Origin: an uncultured Erysipelotrichaceae bacterium
GTDB taxonomy: Bacteria; Bacillota_I; Bacilli_A; RF39; UBA660
Direction of reading: 5' to 3'
DNA: 64,000 nt
Assembly (NCBI GenBank): GCA_902779035.1
Contig: CACZAH010000003.1
Location: forward strand, 619-64,618
Made by a program: the position numbers and the translations under genes. The notes below the pieces were generated by a model, which was not told where the DNA came from, searched no databases, and saw nothing but the letters and a program-made list of their open reading frames with translations. Of this stretch, positions 19,581-29,305 are shown one piece after another (position 1 is the first letter of the stretch; the number at the start of each line of letters is the position of its first letter).

Positions 19581-20570
19581 GTGTTAGTAATGACTAAAGC
19601 AGTACTGGCAATAATGATTGGATTTATTGTAGCAGTAATTATAGGTTTAATTGTAATACCTATGTTAAAGAAGAATGTAAAACAGGTAGAAAGTACTTAT
19701 TTAAGTAAGAAACATAAAGAAAAAGCAGGTACTCCAACAATGGGAGGGATAATATTTATATTATCGTCATTGATAACTATGATAATACTAATTATACTTA
19801 AGAAAGTAACAGTCTCGACTAACTTGTTTCTGGTGCTCTTTGTATTCTTATCTTATGCTTTAATAGGTTTTATTGATGACTATTTAATCATTAGAAGAAA
19901 GAATAATATCGGGCTAACTGAAATACAGAAATTAAGTCTGCAAGCTATAGTTGCTTTAATATTCTTCTATGTATATATGCATAGTGGTGCTGAGGCAGTA
20001 CTTGAAATACATACATTAGGTATAACTATTAATATGGGATGGTTCTACGGTATATTTATATTATTTATGTTAGTAGCCAGTAGTAATGCTGTTAATATTA
20101 CAGATGGACTTGATGGGTTAGCCGGAGGACTTGCAGTTATTGCTTATTTAGCATTTGCTTTAATATCTTGGAATTCATTTGCGATAACTGGTACAGAAGA
20201 TATTGCAATATTCATCTTTGTACTAGTTGGTAGTTTAATAGGTTTCTTAGTATTTAATACATATCCTGCTAAAGTATTTATGGGAGATACTGGTTCTCTT
20301 GCTTTAGGTGCGACACTTGCAGCTATTGCAATTATTACAAAACATGAAATTACATTTATAGTAGTAATGCTTGTATTTATATTTGAAACAGTAGTATGTT
20401 TAATACAAATAGTATCGATGGTATTCTTCCATAAGAAAGTATTCTTGATGACACCTTATCATCATCATATGGAAAAATTAGGCTGGAAAGAAACAGATAT
20501 AGTAAAGGCATTCTGGATAGTAGGATTAGTGCTTAGTATGAGTGCGATAATATTTGGTGTTTGGTTATAA
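19581..20570 (+). CDS. mraY: phospho-N-acetylmuramoyl-pentapeptide transferase MraY
   Basis: Polytopic membrane protein with NAVNITDGLDGLA and MGDTGSLALG motifs and a HHH patch near the C-terminus. Confidence 0.9.
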   Translation: MLVMTKAVLAIMIGFIVAVIIGLIVIPMLKKNVKQVESTYLSKKHKEKAGTPTMGGIIFILSSLITMIILIILKKVTVSTNLFLVLFVFLSYALIGFIDDYLIIRRKNNIGLTEIQKLSLQAIVALIFFYVYMHSGAEAVLEIHTLGITINMGWFYGIFILFMLVASSNAVNITDGLDGLAGGLAVIAYLAFALISWNSFAITGTEDIAIFIFVLVGSLIGFLVFNTYPAKVFMGDTGSLALGATLAAIAIITKHEITFIVVMLVFIFETVVCLIQIVSMVFFHKKVFLMTPYHHHMEKLGWKETDIVKAFWIVGLVLSMSAIIFGVWL

Positions 20571-20645
20571 GGATTGATAATTCAATCTTTTTTCTATTGT
20601 ATATTAATCTAATATTTGTTATAATTTATATAGTAAGAGGTGCAT

Positions 20646-21533
20646 ATGAAAGTATTGTGTATAGGACATGCAACATATGATGTAGTAATACCGGTTGATA
20701 ATTACCCTGTTGAAAATACTAAAAATAGAGTTGATAATATTACTTATTGTGGTGGTGGACCTAGTAGTAATGCGGCATACCTTCTAGGTAAGTGGGGTAT
20801 TGATACTTATTTTTGTGGTAGTGTTGGAAATGATTATCCTGCTAGAGTAATTGAGTCTGAATTAAAAAGAGTAAATGTTAATATAGATTATATTATTAAA
20901 GATAAGACTTATAAAACATCTAAATCATATATTATAGTTAATACTACAAATGCATCTAGAACTACTCTTTCAGTGAATAATGATAAATATATTAATGAAG
21001 TAGATATAAAAATAAAGCCAGATATAATACTTGTAGATGGTCATGAAGCAGAGTTAGCTAAGAAGATAATTAATGCTAATAAAGATAGTATAGTTGTAAT
21101 TGACGCTGGTAAATGCACTAGCGATGTAATAGAGTTATGTAAGTTATCAGATTATATAGTATGTTCTAAGACATTTGCCCTAGATTATACAAATTCTGAT
21201 GATGTTAATATTATGTTAGAAAGACTGAATAATGATTTTGCTGGAGAAGTAGTTATTACTTTAGAAAGTGATGGCTGTGCATATTATGATAATGGTGTTA
21301 AAAAAATAAAAAGCATTCCAGTAAAAGCTGTTGATACAACAGGTGCGGGTGATATATTTCACGGAGCATTTGTATATGGAATTGCCAATAATTGGGATAT
21401 GTATAAAATACTTACGTTTGCTAGTGTTGCATCTGGCTTATCTGTAACTAAACTTACTGGTAGAAAGTCAGTGTTTCCATTAAATATAGTAGAGGATGTT
21501 TATAATGAACTTAGAAGACATAATTTTTATTGA
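20646..21533 (+). CDS. PfkB-family carbohydrate kinase
   Basis: GGGPSSNAA N-terminal motif and DTTGAGDIFHGAF ATP-site motif. Confidence 0.75.
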   Translation: MKVLCIGHATYDVVIPVDNYPVENTKNRVDNITYCGGGPSSNAAYLLGKWGIDTYFCGSVGNDYPARVIESELKRVNVNIDYIIKDKTYKTSKSYIIVNTTNASRTTLSVNNDKYINEVDIKIKPDIILVDGHEAELAKKIINANKDSIVVIDAGKCTSDVIELCKLSDYIVCSKTFALDYTNSDDVNIMLERLNNDFAGEVVITLESDGCAYYDNGVKKIKSIPVKAVDTTGAGDIFHGAFVYGIANNWDMYKILTFASVASGLSVTKLTGRKSVFPLNIVEDVYNELRRHNFY

Positions 21534-21780
21534 TAATCTACCTAGTATTGATTTGCACGGATTTGATGAGTGTTATGCAAGAGTAAAAATAAATGAATTT
21601 ATTAATGATAATAAGATTATGAAAAATAGTATAGTTGCAATCATTCATGGATTGGGTAGTGGTATAATAAAAAAAGTAACACATGATACATTAAAGAAAA
21701 ATAAAGATGTAGAAGATTATAGATTATTTTATAATAATACAGGTGTTACTATAGCTAAAATTAAGATTGACAAAAAATAG
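21505..21780 (+). CDS. Smr domain protein
   Basis: LPSIDLHGF ... IIHGLGSGIIKK pattern. About 91 aa. SD GAGGA before the ATG at 21505. Confidence 0.65.
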   Translation: MNLEDIIFIDNLPSIDLHGFDECYARVKINEFINDNKIMKNSIVAIIHGLGSGIIKKVTHDTLKKNKDVEDYRLFYNNTGVTIAKIKIDKK

Positions 21781-21822
21781 TAATTGTGATATTCTAATCG
21801 TGCTTATAAAGGATGTGGTTAT

Positions 21823-22977
21823 ATGTATAAAGAGAGAAAAGAAAAATTAGGAGTTTTAAACTATTTAGTATATGGTTTTATTATACTATTAATATTAATA
21901 ATTATAATAATAATAATGGCAGGTAAAAGTAAGAAGAAAGTACAAGAAAAGCCAAAGGAAATGATTTTATATAGTGAAGAACAATTAAATAAGATCGAAT
22001 CTGATTTTAGTGAGACTATGGCTGCTAATATGGCTAGTTTTAAGTATAATGCAATTGATTATTATAAAGACAAATTAGGTAATGAAAAAGTTGACATGGT
22101 ATTAACTTTACAGGATTTCTATGATAAACATTTTATCGAAGAGTTAAAAGTAGATGATACTAAATGTGATAGTACTAATAGTAAAGTTGAAGTTACTAAA
22201 AAAAGTGGTGAATATAAATTAGACTTTACTTTAGTATGTGGAGATGCTAAAGCAACAATGGATACTTATTTAGGAAAATATGATTATTGTAAAAATAGTG
22301 ATATATGTGAGAAAAAAATTGAGAAAAAAGAGGAAAAATCTACTAATCCAAGTACTATAAAGCCAATTAATCCTAGTACAATAAATCCTTCAACTGTAGA
22401 TCCAACACCATCTCCAGCACCAAATACTAATAATAAATTTACATTCTATGAATATGCATTAACACCATCAAATGAAGTAGGAACATATTCTGATTGGTCT
22501 TCTTGGGGAAAACAAGAGATTGCAAGTTCATTAATGGTTGATGTGGAAATTAAGGATGAAACTGAAACAAAAACAGAAGGATGTACAGAAACTAAAGAAG
22601 AGACATATGTATCAGGATATAATACTGAAACTTATATTGCAGGATATATAACTAAGAAGTATCAAGTGGGTACTGGTAAAGTACAAACGGGAACGAAACA
22701 AGTTAAGAAAAATGGTAAAGTAGTAAATGTTCCAATATACGAAGACAGACCTATATATCAGACAAAAGAAGAGCCTGTTTATAAAACAAAAGAAACACCT
22801 ATATATTCAACAAGACAAGTTGTTGTTGATAATTGTACAAGCACTGTTAAGTATTATAGATCACGCAAATTTACATATAAAAAAGGTATAAATTATATTA
22901 AATATAGTATAAGTGATAATGATTCTAATCTATTAAATAGTGGTTATACAAAAACTGGAAATACTAAAGAATTCTAG
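21823..22977 (+). CDS. membrane-anchored protein with P/S/T linker and short tandem motifs
   Basis: N-terminal TM. NPSTIKPINPSTINPSTVDPTPSPAP linker. Repeated P[IV]Y.TKE motifs near the C-terminus. Confidence 0.45.
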   Translation: MYKERKEKLGVLNYLVYGFIILLILIIIIIIMAGKSKKKVQEKPKEMILYSEEQLNKIESDFSETMAANMASFKYNAIDYYKDKLGNEKVDMVLTLQDFYDKHFIEELKVDDTKCDSTNSKVEVTKKSGEYKLDFTLVCGDAKATMDTYLGKYDYCKNSDICEKKIEKKEEKSTNPSTIKPINPSTINPSTVDPTPSPAPNTNNKFTFYEYALTPSNEVGTYSDWSSWGKQEIASSLMVDVEIKDETETKTEGCTETKEETYVSGYNTETYIAGYITKKYQVGTGKVQTGTKQVKKNGKVVNVPIYEDRPIYQTKEEPVYKTKETPIYSTRQVVVDNCTSTVKYYRSRKFTYKKGINYIKYSISDNDSNLLNSGYTKTGNTKEF

Positions 22978-23011
22978 ACTACTTAGGTAGTCTTTTAAGT
23001 TAAGGAGGACT

Positions 23012-24733
23012 ATGAAGAAGAACAGTTTTAAATTATTATGGCATTATTTGCGTAATGACAAACTAAAAATTATAATCTATATATTTTTAATTCTATTAAA
23101 CTATTTACCATCATTAATATCAGCATATTTTTGGGGAAAAGCATTAGAATATCTAATACTTAAAGACATGACTAATTTTAGTATCTATTTACTGGTATGG
23201 ACAGCTATTTATATAATATTTTATACATTTTTACAAGTTCCTACGCAAAAGATATATAATTATTTATCAACAAAATTTATGAGAAATGTAAGTTATGACT
23301 TATATAAAAAGATTGATAATTTACCTAGTATTGCTTTTGAAGAAATAGGTGTTGGTGAGTTTGTAAATAGATTATATGATGATATAGATAGAATTATGAC
23401 TTTGCTTGCACAATTAGTAAAACTTATATGTCAATCAATTGTTGTTATATTTGTATTCATATTATCATTTTCTATATCTATTTATTTAGGTGCAGAACTA
23501 GTTATATTTTCACTTATTATGGGACTTATTTCATATAATTTCTTTCCAAAAATTAAAGAAACTCAAAAAGAGATTAAAAGTGAAGTTGATGGATATATAA
23601 AAAACGCAACAGAAAATATTACAGGTATTCGGGAGATTAAGGCTCTTGGTATAAAGAAGAATATTGAGGTAAGTATATTTAAGAGATTAAACAACTTGTT
23701 TAAACATAATAAAAAAATTAAGAACTATGAAACAACATATTATAGTCTAAATAACTTAATATATTTTATCTTACAATTTGCGATACTACTAACTTGTGGA
23801 TATTTTGTAATTGAAGGTAAAGTAGAATATAGCGTATTTATCATGCTTGATATGTATATATGGCGTGTTGATAATGTTGTTGAGAATTTATCTGATTTTG
23901 GTGTTAATTATAGCAAGGTAAAAGTTTCGTTAAGCAGACTTGATGAGTTAATTAATAATAGATTATATAAAGATGAAGAATTTGGAAATGTTACTTTAAA
24001 TGATATAAAAGGTATTATTGAATTTAAAGATGTGTGTTTTAAATATCGTGATAATGAGCCTTATGCACTTAAAAATTTGAATTTAAAGATTGAACCTAAT
24101 AGAAAGGTTGCAATAATAGGTAGAAGTGGTAACGGTAAATCAACAATATTTAATTTATTACTTAGATATTTTGATGTTAATGAAGGTATAATTGAAATTG
24201 ATGGAGTTAACATTAAAGATTTAACTGAAAAATCACTTAGAGATAGTATTTCTATTATTAGACAATCTCCTTATCTATTTAATATGTCTATTAAAGATAA
24301 TTTCAAATTAGTTAAAAAAGATGTAACCCTTACTGAGATTAGAAAGTATTGCCAGAATGCATATATCGATGATTATATAATGAGTCTGCCTAAAAAGTAT
24401 GATACTATAATCGGTGAAGGAGGAATAAATCTATCTGGTGGTCAAAAACAACGTTTAGCGATTGCTCGTACACTTATGCTTAATACTAAAATAATTCTAT
24501 TTGATGAGGCTACTAGTGCACTTGATAATGAATCACAAGAGTATATAAAAAGATCAATTGATAATCTAGTTAAAGATCATACAGTTATTATAGTGGCTCA
24601 TAGATTATCTACTATCATAGATGCCGATTTAATACACGTAATCAATGAAGGACATTTAGAGTCAACTGGGACACATAAAGAACTTTTGAATAATAGTGAT
24701 TTGTATAAAAAATTGTATAATAATGAAGAATAA
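23012..24733 (+). CDS. ABC exporter, fused permease/ATPase
   Basis: Six-TM N domain. Walker A GRSGNGKST, signature LSGGQKQR, Walker B ILFDEATSALD. Confidence 0.85.
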   Translation: MKKNSFKLLWHYLRNDKLKIIIYIFLILLNYLPSLISAYFWGKALEYLILKDMTNFSIYLLVWTAIYIIFYTFLQVPTQKIYNYLSTKFMRNVSYDLYKKIDNLPSIAFEEIGVGEFVNRLYDDIDRIMTLLAQLVKLICQSIVVIFVFILSFSISIYLGAELVIFSLIMGLISYNFFPKIKETQKEIKSEVDGYIKNATENITGIREIKALGIKKNIEVSIFKRLNNLFKHNKKIKNYETTYYSLNNLIYFILQFAILLTCGYFVIEGKVEYSVFIMLDMYIWRVDNVVENLSDFGVNYSKVKVSLSRLDELINNRLYKDEEFGNVTLNDIKGIIEFKDVCFKYRDNEPYALKNLNLKIEPNRKVAIIGRSGNGKSTIFNLLLRYFDVNEGIIEIDGVNIKDLTEKSLRDSISIIRQSPYLFNMSIKDNFKLVKKDVTLTEIRKYCQNAYIDDYIMSLPKKYDTIIGEGGINLSGGQKQRLAIARTLMLNTKIILFDEATSALDNESQEYIKRSIDNLVKDHTVIIVAHRLSTIIDADLIHVINEGHLESTGTHKELLNNSDLYKKLYNNEE

Positions 24734-24768
24734 AGTGATATAATAATACGTACTTGAAGGAGATTATT

Positions 24769-26127
24769 ATGACATATAACGTTTTTTTGAAATTGTTAGA
24801 TAGAATTGATAGGTTAGATAAGGAAAAGTATAATGAATTAAAAAGCAAGTTTGATGAATATATAAATGTATATTTTGATAAGTATATAAATAGTTTAAAT
24901 CAAAGTGATTATATTAAGAATATGCCTAAGTTTGAATACTATTTAAATACTAATACATTTCATACAATAGTCAATCATAAATATTTAGATCCAAATTTAA
25001 CAGCTTATTATAATGATATTTATAAATATCCTGTATTAGATAGCGATGAAGAGACAATAATATTAAAGAAGATATATAAATTGAAAAGTATTTTAAATAA
25101 AAGAAATATTGATGATGATTACATAACTATGATTTTAAATAATTATGGATATAATAAAGAAATAAAAAGTGATATTGTATCACGAAAATTACAATTAAAA
25201 TTTTTAAAGAAAATTACAGATAAAGACTTTAGGTTAAAAAAGTATATTCGAGAATTTGAATTATATGTATATTATAATAGTATAAAAGAATACTTTATTA
25301 ATTGTAATTTAAGATTAGTAACAGCTTTTTTGAAAAAGAAGGATATTAAGCCTTGTGATATGTTAGATTATATACAATGGGGAAATGAGGGCCTTTTAGA
25401 GGCAGTTAATAGATACGATGCTAAGTATAATACAAAGTTTTCAACATATGCATACTATTGGATTAATTGTAAAATTAATGCTGGTTTCTTTAGAGAAAGA
25501 AAAAAAGTTAAGTCATCATACGGTATGTATTATCTAACACGTCAATTTAGTAAATTTTGCTCTGAACACTATAATAAATATGGTGAGTATCCAACAAAAG
25601 AGGAAAAAATAGAATTTATATATAAAAATCTATATGAAAATAAAAAAGGAAATATTGATACTTGGTATAAAAAATGTGATGAAAAACTTACATATATTGA
25701 AAACATATATGAATGCGAGAGAGCAACTTCGCTAGATATAGATATTGGAGAATCATTAGATGATTCTATAGTAGATATGATTGTTGATAAAAACACTGAT
25801 ATTGAAAAGGAAGCAACTGATTTTGAACTAAAAGAATTATTTAAGAAAGTATTTAGTAATTTAACAAATAAGCAAATTTGTATTATATTGCTAAGAAATG
25901 GTATGGGCATAAATAATTATTTAAGTTTTGATAAATTTCAAAGTGTTTTTCCTAACTTGCCCTTAGAGAAACAGAAGAAAATATGGGTGAGTAAAAAGGA
26001 ATACACATTACAAGAAATTGGTGATTTTCTTGATGTATCAAGGCAAGATGTAAGTGCTAAAGAAATTAGAATAAAGAAAAAAATAATAAAGTATAAATAT
26101 GTTTTTGGTGAGTATATAGATTTTTAA
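24769..26127 (+). CDS. divergent sigma-70 family factor with about 190-aa N-terminal extension
   Basis: Region 2-like DYIQWGNEGLLEAVNRYDAKYNTKFSTYAYYWI. Region 4-like YTLQEIGDFLDVSRQDVSAKEIRIKKKI. SD AAGGAG before the ATG at 24769. Confidence 0.6.
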   Translation: MTYNVFLKLLDRIDRLDKEKYNELKSKFDEYINVYFDKYINSLNQSDYIKNMPKFEYYLNTNTFHTIVNHKYLDPNLTAYYNDIYKYPVLDSDEETIILKKIYKLKSILNKRNIDDDYITMILNNYGYNKEIKSDIVSRKLQLKFLKKITDKDFRLKKYIREFELYVYYNSIKEYFINCNLRLVTAFLKKKDIKPCDMLDYIQWGNEGLLEAVNRYDAKYNTKFSTYAYYWINCKINAGFFRERKKVKSSYGMYYLTRQFSKFCSEHYNKYGEYPTKEEKIEFIYKNLYENKKGNIDTWYKKCDEKLTYIENIYECERATSLDIDIGESLDDSIVDMIVDKNTDIEKEATDFELKELFKKVFSNLTNKQICIILLRNGMGINNYLSFDKFQSVFPNLPLEKQKKIWVSKKEYTLQEIGDFLDVSRQDVSAKEIRIKKKIIKYKYVFGEYIDF

Positions 26128-26167
26128 TATTATTTGATATATAATTGTAATGAAGTAAGGAGTAGTT

Positions 26168-28084
26168 ATGAAAGGAAAAAATAGAAGAGTTAAAAAGGGA
26201 GAATTTAAAGGAAAACATGCCGAAAAAACGAATAATAAGAGTTATGTAATAATTTTACCGATTATTGTAGTTACTTTTTTAGGTTTATTTTTACTTTATA
26301 CTTTGTTTTTTAATAAAAAAGCAGAGGGTTTGAGGGAAACATCTAAAAAGTATTTTAGTGAGAATGAAATTACTAAAGAAATTGGAACAATAAAGAATGA
26401 TATTAAGTTTAATTTGACAAATGCATATCATATTAGATATCCAAAATTTAAATATCAAAATATTAATAATCAAGTTAAGGAATTTATAGATGATTCTATT
26501 AAGAAGGATATTAAAAAGAATATTGTTAGTGGAATTAATTCTATTATACATAATAAATATGTATATGATATAGTTGACTATGAGTCATATCTTGCTCCAG
26601 ATGGTATTATTGGTATTTGTTTTATTAATTCTAAAGTGAATAATAAAGGAAAAGTTATTAGTGAGAATGTATATACTATTAATTTAAGTATAAATGAAAA
26701 TGATATTTTAAATGATACTTATATCTTTGTAGGAAATTATAAAGATAAATTAACTATGTATATTGATAATTATTTAAATAGTAATGAAGAGTTAAAATCT
26801 AAATTAAAAGATAATTATAAAGATATAATTAATAAGAATAATACTTATAAATATATATTAACTAAAGATTCTATACTTATATATTTTAATAGTAATGATG
26901 TATTAAAGAATAATAAGAAAACTGTTAAAGTAATTATACCTTATAGTGAGATAGAAGAAATACTTAATATTGATTATAATAATATTGTTAAATTAAAAGA
27001 TATAAAAAGTATTAAAGAGAGTTTTAAAGAAAATAAAAAATCAATGTATATAAAAAGGTTATCTAATATATATAAAGATAGTAATAAGAATAGTGAGATA
27101 GTTGCAACAATTGAAAAGGGTAACAAAGTTAGAGTATTAAAAAGCAGCGAAAATTATTCACTAATTAAATTTAGTAAAAAAGAAGGTTATATATTAAATA
27201 AGCATCTATCCGATGATATAGTAGCTGATGCTAATTTTATTGATACAAATGAAACCGTTTATGCATCTGAAGATGTAAGTGTTAAAAAAGATACTAAAGA
27301 TGATGCAGAGGAATTGGTTAAACTTGCTCTAGGGGATTCAATTACTAGAATCGGAACAAGTGATGATGGTTGGAGTGAAGTTGTATATAACAACGAAAAA
27401 GGATATGTAAAGTCTAATTATTTATCACTTGTTAAATTAAGTAGAAATATTAAAATTGATAAAAATAAAAATATCAATGCCAAATCTGGTATGCTTGCAT
27501 TAACATTTGATGATGGTCCTAATCCAACATCATCAGGAAGAATTCTTGATACACTTGAAAAATATCACGTTGTTGCTACTTTCTTTGATTTAGGTAAACT
27601 TGCACTTGCTTATCCTGATGTTGTAAAAAGAGAAGAAGCACTTGGATGTGAGGTGGGTTCACATTCTTTTGACCATCCTAACTTAAATAATTTAAGTGCG
27701 GAGGGTATTCAAGCACAAATTACTAATAGTAAAAATGCGTTTGTATCTGTGTTAGGGCATGATGTAGATTTGATGAGGCCTCCTTACGGCAATGCAAATG
27801 ATTTAGTTAAATCTATTGTCCCTTATCCATTAATTAATTGGAATGTAGATACATTAGATTGGAAATCTAAAAATAAAGATGCTATTGTAAATGAAGTTAG
27901 AAAAATAGGAAATCTTGATGGTAAAATAATTCTAATGCACTCTATTTATGAAACAACTGCCGATGCGGTAGAAGTAATTGTACCAGAATTAATAAATGAG
28001 GGATATCAATTAGTTACTGTAAGTGAATTAGCATATTATAAAGGTGTGGAATTAAGCCCTGGTGTGAAATATTTTGGATTTTAA
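26168..28084 (+). CDS. PdaC-like polysaccharide deacetylase with two SH3b-like domains
   Basis: N-terminal TM. NodB motifs LTFDDGP, GSHSFDHP, MRPPYG. Two SH3b-like segments (GYILNKHL, GYVKSNYL). Confidence 0.75.
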   Translation: MKGKNRRVKKGEFKGKHAEKTNNKSYVIILPIIVVTFLGLFLLYTLFFNKKAEGLRETSKKYFSENEITKEIGTIKNDIKFNLTNAYHIRYPKFKYQNINNQVKEFIDDSIKKDIKKNIVSGINSIIHNKYVYDIVDYESYLAPDGIIGICFINSKVNNKGKVISENVYTINLSINENDILNDTYIFVGNYKDKLTMYIDNYLNSNEELKSKLKDNYKDIINKNNTYKYILTKDSILIYFNSNDVLKNNKKTVKVIIPYSEIEEILNIDYNNIVKLKDIKSIKESFKENKKSMYIKRLSNIYKDSNKNSEIVATIEKGNKVRVLKSSENYSLIKFSKKEGYILNKHLSDDIVADANFIDTNETVYASEDVSVKKDTKDDAEELVKLALGDSITRIGTSDDGWSEVVYNNEKGYVKSNYLSLVKLSRNIKIDKNKNINAKSGMLALTFDDGPNPTSSGRILDTLEKYHVVATFFDLGKLALAYPDVVKREEALGCEVGSHSFDHPNLNNLSAEGIQAQITNSKNAFVSVLGHDVDLMRPPYGNANDLVKSIVPYPLINWNVDTLDWKSKNKDAIVNEVRKIGNLDGKIILMHSIYETTADAVEVIVPELINEGYQLVTVSELAYYKGVELSPGVKYFGF

Positions 28085-28103
28085 ATTAGAAGGTGGTGAT
28101 TAG

Positions 28104-29252
28104 ATGGGATATATTAATGTAATTATTACAGCGTGTGTATTTTTTCCTATTATTGCTTTTCTAATCACTTTACCTTATATAATATATAATTATAATAAAT
28201 TTGGTTCTATATTATTTATTAGAACCATTTTAATATATTTGTTTGTATTATATCTTTTATCAGCATATTTCCTAATAATAATGCCACTACCTAGTATTGA
28301 ATATGTATCGCATTTAACAACTAAAGTTCAACTAGAACCATTTGATTTAGTAAGAAATATAATAAGAACAGTTCACTTTGATTATAAATCATTTGCAACT
28401 TATATTAATATATTGAAAAATGCATATGTATATCAAACAATATATAATTTGTTTTTAACAGTCCCATTTGGTATGTTTTTAAGATATTACTTTAAATGTA
28501 ATTTTAGTCGTGTTTTGTTACTTACCCTTTCACTTAGTTTGTTTTTTGAACTAACACAACTTACAGGATTATACTATATATATCCACATGCTTACAGATT
28601 ATTTGATGTTGATGATTTAATTGTAAATACATTAGGTGGAATTGCTGGTTATTTAATAACGCCATTATTTACTAAATTACTACCAAGTAAGGATGAGTTA
28701 GATTTAAAATCTTATAAGAAAGGTTCTAAAGTTAGTTCTACTAAAAGGGTTATTACCTTTATGATAGATATGGTTATTACAATTATATTATTTGTTTTTT
28801 TATTGATTATTAATCATATATTTAGTTTTGCTTGTGATTATTATATATATGGTATCGTATCTATTTTGATCATATTTAATATTATTCCTTTTATTACAAG
28901 AGGTAAGACTATAGGATACAGTATTACAAATATTGTAGTTGTAAATAATAATGGAGAGAGTGTTAAAAGATATAGGTTAGTATTTAGAAACTTAATATTT
29001 AGTTTTATTTATTTACCAATGCATTATTACTTATACTTGTTGTTTAAATTTGTTAATAGTATAGCTAATAAAAATTACAGTTTATTAGTAGTTATTGGAT
29101 ATATATCAGTAATAATTATTACATCTATATTTGTATTTGTAAGAAACTTTATTTTACATAAACCATTCTTATATGAAATGATTACTAAGACTAAAGTAGC
29201 AAGTACAATAGAAATACCATTAGAAAATTCACTATCGGATATTCAAAAGTAA
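28104..29252 (+). CDS. VanZ-like plus RDD domain membrane protein
   Basis: VanZ signature (FELTQL ... FDVDDLIVNTLGGIAGY) followed by a multi-TM RDD-like C-terminal half. Confidence 0.6.
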   Translation: MGYINVIITACVFFPIIAFLITLPYIIYNYNKFGSILFIRTILIYLFVLYLLSAYFLIIMPLPSIEYVSHLTTKVQLEPFDLVRNIIRTVHFDYKSFATYINILKNAYVYQTIYNLFLTVPFGMFLRYYFKCNFSRVLLLTLSLSLFFELTQLTGLYYIYPHAYRLFDVDDLIVNTLGGIAGYLITPLFTKLLPSKDELDLKSYKKGSKVSSTKRVITFMIDMVITIILFVFLLIINHIFSFACDYYIYGIVSILIIFNIIPFITRGKTIGYSITNIVVVNNNGESVKRYRLVFRNLIFSFIYLPMHYYLYLLFKFVNSIANKNYSLLVVIGYISVIIITSIFVFVRNFILHKPFLYEMITKTKVASTIEIPLENSLSDIQK

Positions 29253-29305
29253 TTGACAAAAATATTATTTTCGTGTATAAACTTATATAGGAAAGGGAGG
29301 ATACT

